A stretch of 61,742 nucleotides of DNA, counting the filler. It is 5 parts of 5 records of this genome, joined end to end, with 100 filler letters (N's around TTAATTAATTAA, not from the genome) between each part and the next. Parts side by side here need not be neighbours in the genome. Positions count along the whole stretch, not along the records: positions 17,838 to 24,578 come from DRR723986_5441; positions 24,679 to 30,877 come from DRR723986_5442; 3 more parts are not named here. One strand, 5' to 3'. The position numbers were made by a program, and so were the translations under genes. The notes under the pieces were generated by a model, which saw nothing but the letters and a program-made list of their open reading frames with translations, did no database searches and had not been told where the DNA came from. Shown one piece after another: positions 17,948 to 28,046 of this stretch. The first letter of the stretch is position 1, and the number at the start of each line of letters is the position of its first letter.

Positions 17948-20746
17948 ATGCAGGGGTTTGCCCCATCGCATGGGCATAGCATGGTTGTGCCTGTGCCCAT
18001 CCGGGCGTATCATCGGGTGGCATGCAGATGCGACCGGGTTTGTTTGGTGGGCCAGTATGGCCATGTGTTGGAGGTTCGGTTGAAAGGGTGCGATTGCCTT
18101 ATTCTTGAAACTCCGGGGTCCGGGGGGATGGCGGGCCGCGATTTGGCGCAAAGGGCTTTGGCCGATGTGGTAAAGCTGGGCCCAATAACCCTGGCCGAGC
18201 TGGCCGCCAGCGCGGCGCGGCCCGGCGCGGAAATGGGCACGTTGATTGTGCCCTTTGGCGCTGAATGCGACATCAACGCGATCAAGGCTGCCATCCGCCA
18301 TTGCCGTGGGGAAAAGGGCAATTTGGCGGTGCTGGGCTTGGCCAGCAGCTGCGCCCTGGCCGGGCAAGAAACCTTGGGCGATGCCTTTGATGCGCTGGTC
18401 AGCCTTGAATGGCGTTCAGCCCCCGATTTGCTGCGCGCCTTTGTGGCCAACCAGCGTGTCGATCTGCAAAACCGCGCTTTCAAAGCGTTTTTGGACAATT
18501 CCGTAGACGGCTATTGGATTTGGTATGTCAAACAAGACATCATCGAATGGTCGGCCCGCACCTGCGAAATGACCGGGGTAGACCCGGCCCAAACCCCGCG
18601 CAGCATGGATGCCTTTGTGCAGCTGGTGCACCCGCAAGACCGCGACAGGGTATGGCAGGCGGTGAATAACCACCTGCAGCATGGCGCCCCCTATGCCGGG
18701 ATCGAGATGCGCCTGCGCAACCCATCAGGGCGCTATGGCCATTTTATGGCCAGCGGGCAGGCGCTGCGCGACGAGGCGGGGCAGGCGATGATCTTGGTGG
18801 GCAGCCTGACCGACCGCACCTTGATCCAGCGGGTGGAACAGCAGCTGGAAGACACCCAGCGCCGCTTTACCGTGTTGTTTCACCAGATGAATGATGCCGC
18901 TGTTCTGGCCGATGTGGAAACCGGCATTATCCTCGAGGCCAACCAGCCGGCCGAGCGGCTATGGGGCAAATCTATTTCCGAATTGGTGGGCGCGCATCAA
19001 ACCAGCCTGCATCCGCCCAATCTGAATGAAGAGGCGCGCGAGGCGTTTGCCCGCCATATCGCAGCGCTTATGGAAAACCAGCGCGCCACGATCAATGTGC
19101 CGGTGCTGCGCGCCGATGGCACCGAGGTGCCCGCCGAGATCAGCTCGAGCCTGATCGAGATCGAGGGGCGCACCACGATTTTGGGCGTGTTTCGCGATAT
19201 TTCCGATCGCGTTCGCGCCGAGCACGAGCTGCGCGAACGCGATGCGCAAATTCAACTGTCGTCGCATTTGGCCTCGATGGGCACATTGGCCGCAGGCGTG
19301 GCGCATGAAATCAACAACCCCCTGACCTATGTTTTGGGCAATTTGGAAATTGTGCGCAGCCTGCTGCAGGAAAAAGGCATCGCCGACCCGGATTTGGCCG
19401 AAGCGATCGAGGCGGCCACCACAGGCGGGCGGTTTGTGCGCGAGATTGTATCGGATCTTAAGGCCATTAGCCGCATGGATGGGCCCGATGGCGCCAGCGA
19501 CCCCTCCGAGGTGATCCGCATTGCCTCGCGCATGGCGATGTCGGATCTGCGCCACAAGGCGCAGCTGGATCTGCGCCTCCAAGATACCCCCCTGGCCCAG
19601 ATATCGTCGGCACGGCTTAGCCAGGTGGTGCTGAATATTCTCAGCAATGCCGCGCGCGCCTTTGTCTCGACTGATCGCTCAGAAAACCTGATCCGCGTGG
19701 ATGTGTTTGCCAAAGCGGGCCGTGTGCATATCATCATCGCAGATAATGGCGGGGGCATTGCGCCCGAAGATCTGCAGCGCGTCTGGGAGCCGTTTTTTAC
19801 CAAACGCGGGCATAGCGGCGGCACGGGGCTGGGCCTGTCGATTTGCCGGCGCATCCTGCACGAGGTGAATGGCACGCTGGATATCGCCTCGACCTTGGGC
19901 CAGGGCACCACGGTGACAATGTCGATCCCTGTTCTGGAAGGTGCCGCACCTGATGCGCAGGCCCAGCCTGCCAGCCCCGCCAGCCCGGAAATGCCGCCTG
20001 TGCGTTTGCGGGTGATGGTGGTGGATGATGACACGCTGATCACGCTGCTGATCTCGCGGATGCTGGCCCAGGAATACGAGGTGCACATCTTTAACGATGC
20101 CCGTCAGGCCCTGGCCGCCTTGGACGCAGGCCAATCGTTTGACGTGATCTTATGCGATCTGATGATGCCCGAGATGGATGGGCCAGCCTTTTACACCCGC
20201 GCCAAGGATGCCTCCCCGTTTTTATTTGTAACAGGCGGTGCCGTAACGGTGGAAAACATCGCCTTCGAACGGCGCATGGCCGCCGAAGGGCTGCTGTTGC
20301 ACAAACCGTTCGAAGCGCAGGTTCTAAAGCGCAAGCTGCGCGATGTTGTCTCGCTGCAGGCAAAACGCGCCACGCCCCCGCCGCCCAGCACTGCGGCGGG
20401 CGGGGGCCAGCCCCCCCAGCCCGATATCTGGCGCCCATCGGCCAGCACCCTGGCCGAGCTTGAGCCGCTTTTGGGCCGTGATGGGCTGCGCGAACAGCTG
20501 CAGCGGCTGGCGGTGCAGCTAGAGGCATTGCACCAGCATGCCACGGGGCTGGATGGGCCGGCGCTGGCCCAGCAGGCGCATAAGGTGGCAGGGGCGGCCA
20601 CGGTTTTGGGGCTGCAAGACATGGGCACCTTGCTGCGTGCGGTCCAACATGCCGCGGCCGGCGGCGATGTGCCGGGCGCCCGCCAGGGTTTGGCGCAGGT
20701 ATCGCAGGCCTTGCCGGGCTTGCAGGGCTTTGTGCAAAGCTACTAA
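17948..20746 (+). CDS. Hybrid sensor kinase: PAS-PAS-HisKA-HATPase-REC-HPt (start uncertain)
   Basis: PAS (VHPQDR; LHPP), H-box AGVAHEINNP, N-box LNILSNA, DNGGGI, PFFT, GTGLGL, REC VVDDD/CDLMMP/HKPF, HPt AHKVAGAA. Confidence 0.92.
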   Translation: MQGFAPSHGHSMVVPVPIRAYHRVACRCDRVCLVGQYGHVLEVRLKGCDCLILETPGSGGMAGRDLAQRALADVVKLGPITLAELAASAARPGAEMGTLIVPFGAECDINAIKAAIRHCRGEKGNLAVLGLASSCALAGQETLGDAFDALVSLEWRSAPDLLRAFVANQRVDLQNRAFKAFLDNSVDGYWIWYVKQDIIEWSARTCEMTGVDPAQTPRSMDAFVQLVHPQDRDRVWQAVNNHLQHGAPYAGIEMRLRNPSGRYGHFMASGQALRDEAGQAMILVGSLTDRTLIQRVEQQLEDTQRRFTVLFHQMNDAAVLADVETGIILEANQPAERLWGKSISELVGAHQTSLHPPNLNEEAREAFARHIAALMENQRATINVPVLRADGTEVPAEISSSLIEIEGRTTILGVFRDISDRVRAEHELRERDAQIQLSSHLASMGTLAAGVAHEINNPLTYVLGNLEIVRSLLQEKGIADPDLAEAIEAATTGGRFVREIVSDLKAISRMDGPDGASDPSEVIRIASRMAMSDLRHKAQLDLRLQDTPLAQISSARLSQVVLNILSNAARAFVSTDRSENLIRVDVFAKAGRVHIIIADNGGGIAPEDLQRVWEPFFTKRGHSGGTGLGLSICRRILHEVNGTLDIASTLGQGTTVTMSIPVLEGAAPDAQAQPASPASPEMPPVRLRVMVVDDDTLITLLISRMLAQEYEVHIFNDARQALAALDAGQSFDVILCDLMMPEMDGPAFYTRAKDASPFLFVTGGAVTVENIAFERRMAAEGLLLHKPFEAQVLKRKLRDVVSLQAKRATPPPPSTAAGGGQPPQPDIWRPSASTLAELEPLLGRDGLREQLQRLAVQLEALHQHATGLDGPALAQQAHKVAGAATVLGLQDMGTLLRAVQHAAAGGDVPGARQGLAQVSQALPGLQGFVQSY

Positions 20747-20854
20747 ATTTGGCCTGTCCCCGAAACCGCGCTGGCCATTTTCAGCCTGAGCGCAGATAGT
20801 GGTATCGCGCGCGGGCTTGGCGCGGCTTTCGATCGCCTTGAGAAGAGTTACAAG

Positions 20855-21772
20855 ATGGACAATTGGGACGAGGTGCGCACTGCTTATCAGGTTGCACGTC
20901 TGGGCACGGTCAGCGGTGCGGCTGATGTTTTGGGGGTGCATCATGCCACGGTGATCCGCCATATCGACGCCTTGGAGAAACGGTTGGGGGTGAAACTGTT
21001 TCAACGCCACGCCCGCGGCTACACCCCAACCGAGGCGGGCGCCGATCTGCTGCGCGTGGCGCAGGCCACCCATGACCAGTTTCAGCAATTGGCCGGGCGC
21101 ATCAAGGGGCGCGGCAATGATATGTCGGGCGATTTGGTGCTGACCTCGCTGCCGGGGCTGGCGCATTTGCTGACCCCGGCCTTGGTGGCGTTTCAGCAAG
21201 AGCACCCAAAGCTGGTGCTGCGCTACCTGACGGGCGAGCGGCTGTTTCGCCTGGAATATGGCGAGGCGCATGTGGCCATTCGCGCCGGTGCCGCCCCCGA
21301 CCAGCCCGATAACGTGGTGCAGCCGTTTTTCAGGCAAGCCAACGGCCTTTATGCCGCCGATAGCTATGCCAAGGCCCATGGCCTGCCCAAAGACCTGTCT
21401 GAATTTGGCGCGCATCGTTTCGTGGCCCATGACGATACCACCAGCCGCGCGCCCTTTTACCAATGGCTGCGTGCCCATGTCGGCGAAGAGCGTATCTGCT
21501 TTCGCAGCGCCGATGCCGATGCCATAGATACCGCCATTTTCGCCGGCGCTGGCATCGGCTTTTTGCCGCCCGAGCGCGCCAATGCCTTGCCCGGCCTGCA
21601 CCAGGTAATGGCGCCCTTGCCCGAATGGCAGGTGCCGATGTGGCTTGTTACCCATGTTGATCTGCACCGCAGCCCCAAGGTGCAAAGTTTGCTGGCCTTT
21701 TTGAAACAGCGCGCCCGCCAGTGGGATGTGGGCGGGGGGGGCGATGGGCCCGCCCCGGCAGATCCAGCATGA
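20855..21772 (+). CDS. LysR family transcriptional regulator
   Basis: N-terminal HTH GTVSGAADVLGVHHATVIRHIDALEKRLGVKLF. Confidence 0.93.
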   Translation: MDNWDEVRTAYQVARLGTVSGAADVLGVHHATVIRHIDALEKRLGVKLFQRHARGYTPTEAGADLLRVAQATHDQFQQLAGRIKGRGNDMSGDLVLTSLPGLAHLLTPALVAFQQEHPKLVLRYLTGERLFRLEYGEAHVAIRAGAAPDQPDNVVQPFFRQANGLYAADSYAKAHGLPKDLSEFGAHRFVAHDDTTSRAPFYQWLRAHVGEERICFRSADADAIDTAIFAGAGIGFLPPERANALPGLHQVMAPLPEWQVPMWLVTHVDLHRSPKVQSLLAFLKQRARQWDVGGGGDGPAPADPA

Positions 21773-22656
21773 GCAACGCCGCGCGCGGGCATTTGGCGAT
21801 GTTGCTGTTTTCCGCCCTTGTGGCGGGGTCGTTTTCATTGGGCGTGATGATTGCCAACGATATTGCGCCGGCGGCGTTGAATGCGCTGCGCTTTGCGCTG
21901 GCGGCCGTGCTGGTGGGTGCCGCGGCCTTTGGCAGCCATGGTTTGCCCGCCGATGCCTTTCGCGCGCCATGGCGGTATGCCGTGCTGGGGGGCATTTTTG
22001 GCCTTTATTTCGTGCTGATGTTCGAAGGGCTTAAAACCGCCTCGCCAGTATCGGCCTCGGCGGTCTTTACCCTAACGCCGGTTGTTGCGGCGATTGCTGG
22101 CTATGTTTTGCTGCGCCAGATCACCACCGCACGCATGGCGCTGGCGCTGGCCATCGGGGCTGCGGGCGCATTATGGGTGATCTTCAAGGCCGATCTGGCG
22201 CTGTTGCGGCAGTTTCATGTGGGGCGCGGCGAGGCGATATATTTTCTGGGCTGTATCGCCCATGCGATTTACACGCCGATGGTGCGCAAGCTGAACCGGG
22301 GCGAGCCTGCGGTGGTGTTTACCTTTGGCATGCTGGTGGCGGGCGCGCTGCTGGTGGGGCTGTGGGGCTGGCGCGATATTGCCGCCACTGACTGGGGCGC
22401 ATTGCCCGCCCGCGTGTGGCTGGTGCTGGCCTATCTGGCGGTGTTTTCCAGCGCTGCAACCTTTGTGTTGTTGCAATATGCCACGCTGCGCCTGCCCTCG
22501 GCCAAGGTGATGGCCTATACCTATCTTACCCCCACATGGGTGGTGGCGCTAGAGCTGGGGCTGGGCCATGGCGGGCCGGGGCCGCTGGTATTGGGGGGGG
22601 TGGCGCTGTCGATCTTGGCTTTGTTGTTGCTGCTGCGCAATGACGAGCGCGCCTAG
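21769..22656 (+). CDS. DMT/EamA family transporter
   Basis: About 10 TM helices in two EamA halves; ATGA overlap with the LysR stop. Confidence 0.9.
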   Translation: MSNAARGHLAMLLFSALVAGSFSLGVMIANDIAPAALNALRFALAAVLVGAAAFGSHGLPADAFRAPWRYAVLGGIFGLYFVLMFEGLKTASPVSASAVFTLTPVVAAIAGYVLLRQITTARMALALAIGAAGALWVIFKADLALLRQFHVGRGEAIYFLGCIAHAIYTPMVRKLNRGEPAVVFTFGMLVAGALLVGLWGWRDIAATDWGALPARVWLVLAYLAVFSSAATFVLLQYATLRLPSAKVMAYTYLTPTWVVALELGLGHGGPGPLVLGGVALSILALLLLLRNDERA

Positions 22657-22994
22657 GGCGCCTGATCTGCGGGCGGCGCCAGCTCGGTTTCCAAAAACCG
22701 CTCGAACGCGTCCAGATCGATGCGTTCGAATTGGCCAAAGCCCTGCATCCAGATACTGGCCTCGCGCAGCGCGTCTGGCTCTAGCTTGCACCATTTAACG
22801 CGGCCGCGCTTTTCCTGGGTGATCAGCCCGGCGCTGGCCAAAATAGCCAGATGTTTCGAGATGGCAGCAAGGCTCATCTGAAACGGGTGGGCCACATCGG
22901 TGACGGCCATATCATCTTCGAGCAGCATCGATAAAATCGCGCGGCGGGTTGGGTCGGCCAGGGCTGCAAAGACGGTGGAAACTTTGTCACTCAT
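22653..22994 (-). CDS. ArsR/SmtB family regulator
   Basis: FAALADPTRRAIL...ISKHLAIL..AGLI; the usual neighbour of the F0 operon in Rhodobacteraceae. Confidence 0.9.
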   Translation of the reverse strand: MSDKVSTVFAALADPTRRAILSMLLEDDMAVTDVAHPFQMSLAAISKHLAILASAGLITQEKRGRVKWCKLEPDALREASIWMQGFGQFERIDLDAFERFLETELAPPADQAP

Positions 22995-23223
22995 GCCCCA
23001 GCCTATGGCGCGAGATCGGTAAACCGTCAACCAAATGGTTGAATATGCCTTTCGCGCCCTGTTTGCGCCAACGGGCCGTTTGGCCGCAGGTTGCCTGCCA
23101 AGTGAAAAGGCGGGAAGTGATTGTAAAACAGATACTTACACGTCTTTTCACCAGGCGATAGCAGCGCTTGACTCTGTAAGCGATGGCGCATAGCAAATGC
23201 GCAACCTTTCCATGGGGGTAGGC

Positions 23224-23580
23224 GTGGCGCAAAACGGTTTGCAAGACGGGTCGCAAGACGACCTTGCGAAGCTGGAACAGCGCATCGCGGCCGCGAAATC
23301 GGGGCGCGAAGAGAAACCCCACATGGAAGAGCATTATTCACAGGCGCAGCTTGCCTGGCGGATGGTGATAGAACTTGTGGCCGGTCTTGGGATTGGCTTT
23401 GGCATTGGTTACGGGCTGGACTGGCTGTTTGGCACCCTACCGTTTCTGATGGTGATATTTACATTTCTGGGGCTTGCCGCCGGTGTTCAGACGATGATCC
23501 GCTCGGCCAAAGAGATCCAGGCAGCGAACATGGCCGCACCTGCGGCCGATGAGGAAAAGAGGGCGAAAGATGGCGACTGA
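23224..23580 (+). CDS. atpI: ATP synthase protein I (AtpZ/AtpI)
   Basis: [11 protein letters not shown]...[11 protein letters not shown] motif, upstream of atpB. Confidence 0.88.
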   Translation: MAQNGLQDGSQDDLAKLEQRIAAAKSGREEKPHMEEHYSQAQLAWRMVIELVAGLGIGFGIGYGLDWLFGTLPFLMVIFTFLGLAAGVQTMIRSAKEIQAANMAAPAADEEKRAKDGD

Positions 23581-24328
23581 GGCGCATGGTGCAGAAGGCG
23601 GCGGGCTGGTTTTCCACCCGATGGACCAATTCATTGTGAAGCCGTTGTTTGGTGGCGATGCCATCGGGCTGTTCACAATCACCAACGTGACGCTTTGGAT
23701 GGGCATTGCAATCGTGGCCATCGTGGCGCTGATGGTGCTGGGCACCGCGCGCCGCGCCACGATCCCCACCCGCACCCAATCGGTGGCCGAACTGGCCTAT
23801 GTCTTTGTCTATAAAATGGTCGAAGACGTGGCTGGCAAAGATGCGGTTGGCTTTTTCCCCTATGTCATGACGCTGTTCATGTTCATCGTTTTCGCCAACT
23901 TCCTGGGCCTGCTGCCCATGTCGTTTACCACCACCTCGCATTTCGCGGTAACTGTGGTTTTGGCGATGCTGGTGTTCTTGACCGTCACGATCGTTGGCTT
24001 TGCGAAAAATGGCGCCAAATTCCTGGGGCTGTTTTGGGTGAAATCGGCGCCGCTGCCGCTGCGCCCGGTGCTGGCCATCATCGAATTGATTTCCTACTTT
24101 GTCCGCCCCGTCAGCCATTCCATTCGTTTGGCCGGCAACGTTATGGCGGGCCACGCGGTGATCAAGGTGTTTGCAGGCTTTGCCGCGATCGCCACGATCA
24201 GCCCGGTGTCTGTGCTGGCAATCACTGCCATGTATGGGCTTGAGGTTCTGGTGGCCTTTATCCAGGCCTATGTTTTCACCATCCTGACGTGCGTTTACCT
24301 GAAAGATGCGCTGCATCCGTCGCACTAA
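23570..24328 (+). CDS. atpB: F0F1 ATP synthase subunit a
   Basis: [32 protein letters not shown]. Confidence 0.97.
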   Translation: MATEAHGAEGGGLVFHPMDQFIVKPLFGGDAIGLFTITNVTLWMGIAIVAIVALMVLGTARRATIPTRTQSVAELAYVFVYKMVEDVAGKDAVGFFPYVMTLFMFIVFANFLGLLPMSFTTTSHFAVTVVLAMLVFLTVTIVGFAKNGAKFLGLFWVKSAPLPLRPVLAIIELISYFVRPVSHSIRLAGNVMAGHAVIKVFAGFAAIATISPVSVLAITAMYGLEVLVAFIQAYVFTILTCVYLKDALHPSH

Positions 24329-24383
24329 GGCTGGCATCACGCTACCACTGAAATAGAAACTTCCAACGTAAGGAGATACACTC

Positions 24384-24578
24384 ATGGAAGGTCAACTGGC
24401 ACATATCGGCGCAGGTCTCGCAGCTATTGGTTCCGGCGCTGCCGCAATCGGTGTGGGCAACGTTGCAGGCAACTACCTGGCCGGCGCGCTGCGCAACCCC
24501 TCGGCCGCTGCTTCGCAGACTGCCACGCTGTTCATCGGCATCGCCTTCGCAGAAGCACTGGGCATCTTCTCGTTCCTG
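24384..24578 (+). CDS. atpE: F0F1 ATP synthase subunit c (cut by contig end)
   Basis: GAAAIGVG...ALRNPSAA...AFAEALGIF. Confidence 0.96.
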
Positions 24579-24678
24579 NNNNNNNNNNNNNNNNNNNNNN
24601 NNNNNNNNNNNNNNNNNNNNNNTTAATTAATTAANNNNNNNNNNNNNNNNNNNNNNNNNNNNNNNNNNNNNNNNNNNN
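24579..24678. other. Artificial contig linker
   Basis: N-run + TTAATTAATTAA + N-run. Confidence 0.98.
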
Positions 24679-24946
24679 GCGCATGCAGTGGATGATGCTG
24701 CAGCAGGAGCAGGCGGAAGACTTCGTCATCGCAACGGGGGTGCAGTATTCGGTGCGCGAATTCATTATCTGGTCCGCACGCGAGCTTGGCATCGAACTGC
24801 GCTTTGAGGGAGAGGGCGTGGACGAGGTTGGCATGATCGCATCCATCGAGGGCGACATGGCCCCCACCCTCTCGGTTGGTGATGTGATCCTGCGCATCGA
24901 CCCGCGGTATTTCCGGCCCGCGGAGGTGGAAACCCTTCTCGGTGAC
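24679..24946 (+). pseudogene. gmd: GDP-mannose 4,6-dehydratase, internal/C-terminal fragment
   Basis: [23 protein letters not shown]...[16 protein letters not shown], after which homology stops. Confidence 0.88.
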
Positions 24947-25337
24947 CTTCAAGCCAAATACGGACGACATGCGCGACGCGCCCTCTCTCACGATCATCCC
25001 AGCCCTGGTTGGCGGTGGGGCAAGCGTTCGGGTGGTTGATCCGCAGGGTCGGAGAGAGGGAGAGGCTCTTTTGCCCGGTGTCAATTGGCTCGATGACACC
25101 TACGCCGCAGCAGAAGGCGCCGACTTGCTAGTGCTCCTGACGGAGTGGAACGAGTTTCGCGCCCTGGATTTGCCAAGGCTGGCTGAGGGGATGTCCTCTC
25201 CAAGACTGGCCGACCTGCGCAACGTCTATTCCGCCGAAGATGCGGAGCGTGCGGGCTTCGAAGTCTATGAGAGTGTTGGAAGACGGGGACTGTCGTCCGA
25301 CCCACGAATGGCGCTGCAATGGGCCGGACCTAATTGA
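24945..25337 (+). pseudogene. ugd: UDP-glucose 6-dehydrogenase, C-terminal fragment
   Basis: [14 protein letters not shown]...LTEWNEFRALD...DLRNVY; the N-terminal two thirds are absent. Confidence 0.88.
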
Positions 25338-25468
25338 AGATTACGGCTCTATGGGCGCCTAAAGTCGGGTGTATTGCGCCGATCTTTTCTTCAACCATTG
25401 ATTCACGCCAGAGCCGACTAAAACCGGATTGGCAATTCAATTAAAAAAAATATGGGAACCACATCGTC

Positions 25469-25618
25469 GTGAAATCAGTTCGAAAAGCGATTTTTCCGGT
25501 TGCGGGCCTTGGAACCCGCTTTCTTCCCGCGACCAAGTCGATCCCAAAGGAGATCATGACGTTGGTCGACCGTCCTCTTATTCAGTACGCGATCGACGAG
25601 GCGCGTGCTGCAGGTATC
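25469..25618 (+). pseudogene. galU: UTP-glucose-1-phosphate uridylyltransferase, N-terminal 50 codons (not in the ORF track)
   Basis: Manual translation from GTG 25469: [50 protein letters not shown]. Confidence 0.9.
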
Positions 25619-25971
25619 GCCGGGAACAACTGAAGAGAGGCTGGATGCCACCCCACCCAACGCTCTATCTGCGCAGGCGGGTCTTCGAGGAGTGGGGGCT
25701 CTATGATACGGGTTTCCAGATCGCGGCAGATTACGATGCCATGCTGCGCTATCTCTGGCGCGGAAAAATCCAGCTGGCCTACCTGCCAGAAGTGATGGTG
25801 AAAATGCGCCTTGGCGGGGAAAGCAATCGATCCCTGGGCCGTATTCTGCAAAAAAGCCGGGAAGACTACCGTGCCCTCAGGCGCAATGAAGTCGGGGGCC
25901 TCGGGGCCCTTGCCCTCAAGAACACGAGCAAATTGAAGCAATTCATCGTGAGAGACCAAAGCAAGTCATGA
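25615..25971 (+). pseudogene. GT2 (WcaE-like) glycosyltransferase, C-terminal fragment
   Basis: GWMPPHPTLYLRR...YDTGFQIAADYD...MRLGGESN; lacks the N-terminal nucleotide-binding part. Confidence 0.82.
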
Positions 25972-26219
25972 CCAAGCGCGCACTCATTACAGGGATCACG
26001 GGCCAGGACGGCTCCTACCTCGCCGAATTTCTCCTCAAAAAGGGATACGAGGTGCACGGCATCAAGCGTCGTGCGTCGATGTTCAACACGCAGCGTATCG
26101 ATCACATCTACGAGGACCCGCACAATCCAGATCCCAGACTGCACCTGCATTACGGAGACCTCACGGACAGTTCAAACCTCACGCGTATTTTGCAGGAGGT
26201 TCAGCCGGACGAGGTGTAT
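25968..26219 (+). pseudogene. gmd: GDP-mannose 4,6-dehydratase, N-terminal fragment
   Basis: [30 protein letters not shown]...[10 protein letters not shown]...QPDEVY, followed by unrelated sequence. Confidence 0.92.
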
Positions 26220-26345
26220 ATCCTTTTGATGGTGCTAGTGCTGACCTTTGAAAGTTCAGACAATTGTTCAACACTCAAGCGTAGAGCTAAGCGCGCTAGC
26301 CTGAATTGAAGACCAGTTATTGCATTTTGGATCATATGATACTAA

Positions 26346-26915
26346 ATGGTCCATGAAATGCTTGAAACATCACACCCATCCTCTGCTGCATGGCGAGCCG
26401 AATTCCAACGTCTTGAAGGCGCATACGCTCCCTCGACCATGCGTGCTTACCACGCCGATGTCGAGGCATTCGAGGCCTGGTGTAGCGAGCACGGGATTTC
26501 TGATCCCTTCCCCGCGAGCGTTGGCACGGTCTGTAAATTTCTCGAGGACCAGGGGCGCACAAAGGCTCCCTCGACTGTACAACGCCGTCTTTATGCAATT
26601 CGTAAGGTTCATCGTCTCCTCAGCCTCCCCGATCCGACCCATGATGAGGAAATCAACCTCACGTTCCGCAGAGTTCGACGGACCAGGCCCGTGCGGCCCA
26701 AGCAGGCCAAGGGGCTCACGCGGGATTATCTCGACCGCTTTATCGCCAGCGAACCAGACACGCCCTGGGGTCTCCGAAACCGCGCAATGCTGTCCCTAGG
26801 CTACGAACTCCTGACACGCCGCTCTGAACTCGTTGCCCTCAGAATGGATGACCTGGAGGAGCGGCCCGACGGCACGCTGCGCGTTCTCATTCGCCGCAGC
26901 AAGGCTGATCCCTGA
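26346..26915 (+). pseudogene. Tyrosine recombinase/integrase, truncated
   Basis: SAM-like N-domain (YAPSTMRAY), RNRAML.LGY.LLTRRSELVAL and RRSKADP; the catalytic HxxR and Tyr are missing. Confidence 0.85.
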
Positions 26916-26971
26916 TCCGGATCGTCCTGGGTCAGGAAACGCACAAGGACATTTGTGTCGAGGGCTATCAT
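26909..26971 (-). pseudogene. vapC: VapC/PIN toxin, N-terminal stub (not in the ORF track)
   Basis: MIALDTNVLVRFLTQDDPDQG starting at a TAATG overlap with the antitoxin stop; runs head-on into the integrase. Confidence 0.8.
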
Positions 26972-27210
26972 TACCTTTGGTCAACCGCGCCTGCCGCGAT
27001 GGCCTCATCCATTTCTTCCAGCGTCACAGGTTTTTGGCCCGAGCGTTTCAGAGCACCCTCAAGATCCAGGACCGGCCGGGCCCTTAAGATACGGACTTCT
27101 CCATCAAGCAGAATATAGCGCAACTTGTCACCCGGCTGCAGGCCCAGCACCTTGCGGACGTCCTTGGGAAGGGTCGTCTGGCCCTTTGTCGTCACAGTTG
27201 ATTCCCGCAT
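26971..27210 (-). CDS. AbrB/MazE/SpoVT-type antitoxin
   Basis: STVTTKGQTTLPKDVRKVLGLQPGDKL. Confidence 0.9.
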   Translation of the reverse strand: MRESTVTTKGQTTLPKDVRKVLGLQPGDKLRYILLDGEVRILRARPVLDLEGALKRSGQKPVTLEEMDEAIAAGAVDQR

Positions 27211-27405
27211 GTTGGCAGCTCACTTCCAGGTTTGACTTACTTTTAGACAGAATAGTGCGCATCTTGAGTGAAAGGAAGGAAATTTCAAAAATTCCTTACA
27301 AATTCCAGATAATGCAAACTGTCATGGCGCATCCCGAACAGTGGGGAGCGGCTTGCGGACCAGCTGCGCGAAACCGCAAACGCCTGACTGGCGGGGCAGG
27401 GGACC

Positions 27406-27759
27406 TCAAGAGGGCTGCTCCCCCGCCGTGCCCTCGTCCAAATCCCCCTCAAGGGACGCAATCTCCTCGCGCAGGGCCTCGTATTCGGCGCGCTTGCGTT
27501 TGAGGAAACCCAGGGTGAGCCTTGCCTTGGCCTCGATCCCGCTTGGCGTGAGGACGTAGGCGTAGCGCAGCTTGCTCTCCGAAGCCTGGAAGTTGCGGAT
27601 CTTCAACTCGCCCTTCTCTACGAGGGCGCGCAGCATGTAATTGACGGCGCCAAGGCTCACACCAAGTTCGCGCGAGATGTCGCGCTGCGACTTTTCCGGA
27701 TACTGCTCCAGAAGGCGCATGAGGCGGAAGCGCACGTCCTCGTCGACGGGTCGGCTCAC
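27406..27759 (-). CDS. MarR family EPS-associated transcriptional regulator
   Basis: SQRDISRELGVSLGAVNY.LRALVEKG...YAYVLTPSGIEAKARLT.GFL.RK.AEYEAL. Confidence 0.92.
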   Translation of the reverse strand: MSRPVDEDVRFRLMRLLEQYPEKSQRDISRELGVSLGAVNYMLRALVEKGELKIRNFQASESKLRYAYVLTPSGIEAKARLTLGFLKRKRAEYEALREEIASLEGDLDEGTAGEQPS

Positions 27760-27832
27760 AGTGCCGCATCCACGGCTACCGCACTGACGCTCACGTGGGT
27801 GAGGTCATCCCGGCGGCTACAAATCAGGCGCT

Positions 27833-27848
27833 CGTTCATAAGTGAACG
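27833..27848. promoter_or_regulatory. Palindromic putative operator upstream of the MarR-EPS regulator
   Basis: CGTTCA-TAAG-TGAACG. Confidence 0.55.
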
Positions 27849-28046
27849 CCTATCATCTGCCTGCCCCCCGGTAAAGCTGAAACCCCTCCCTATCGTCTAT
27901 TTTGGCGGCGGCTCTCAGGAAGGGAGTTGATGAGTGACTCCTCCTGACGGGCTGCCCATTAAATCCACCAATTCCGCCCAGCCGACCCGGAAAAGGGGGC
28001 GGATAACGTAGCCTCAGGAAGTGCTCGAGATGGGCACACAATTTGA

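Noticed and set aside
20519-21970. 483-aa minus-strand ORF (likewise 23459-24385 and 19327-20088)
   Set aside because: Antisense to well-supported genes in high-GC DNA, where stop codons are rare.
25429-25971. 180-aa ORF as an intact gene or programmed frameshift
   Set aside because: Its first third is an off-frame reading of galU and the remainder a GT2 fragment, so it is a junction product.
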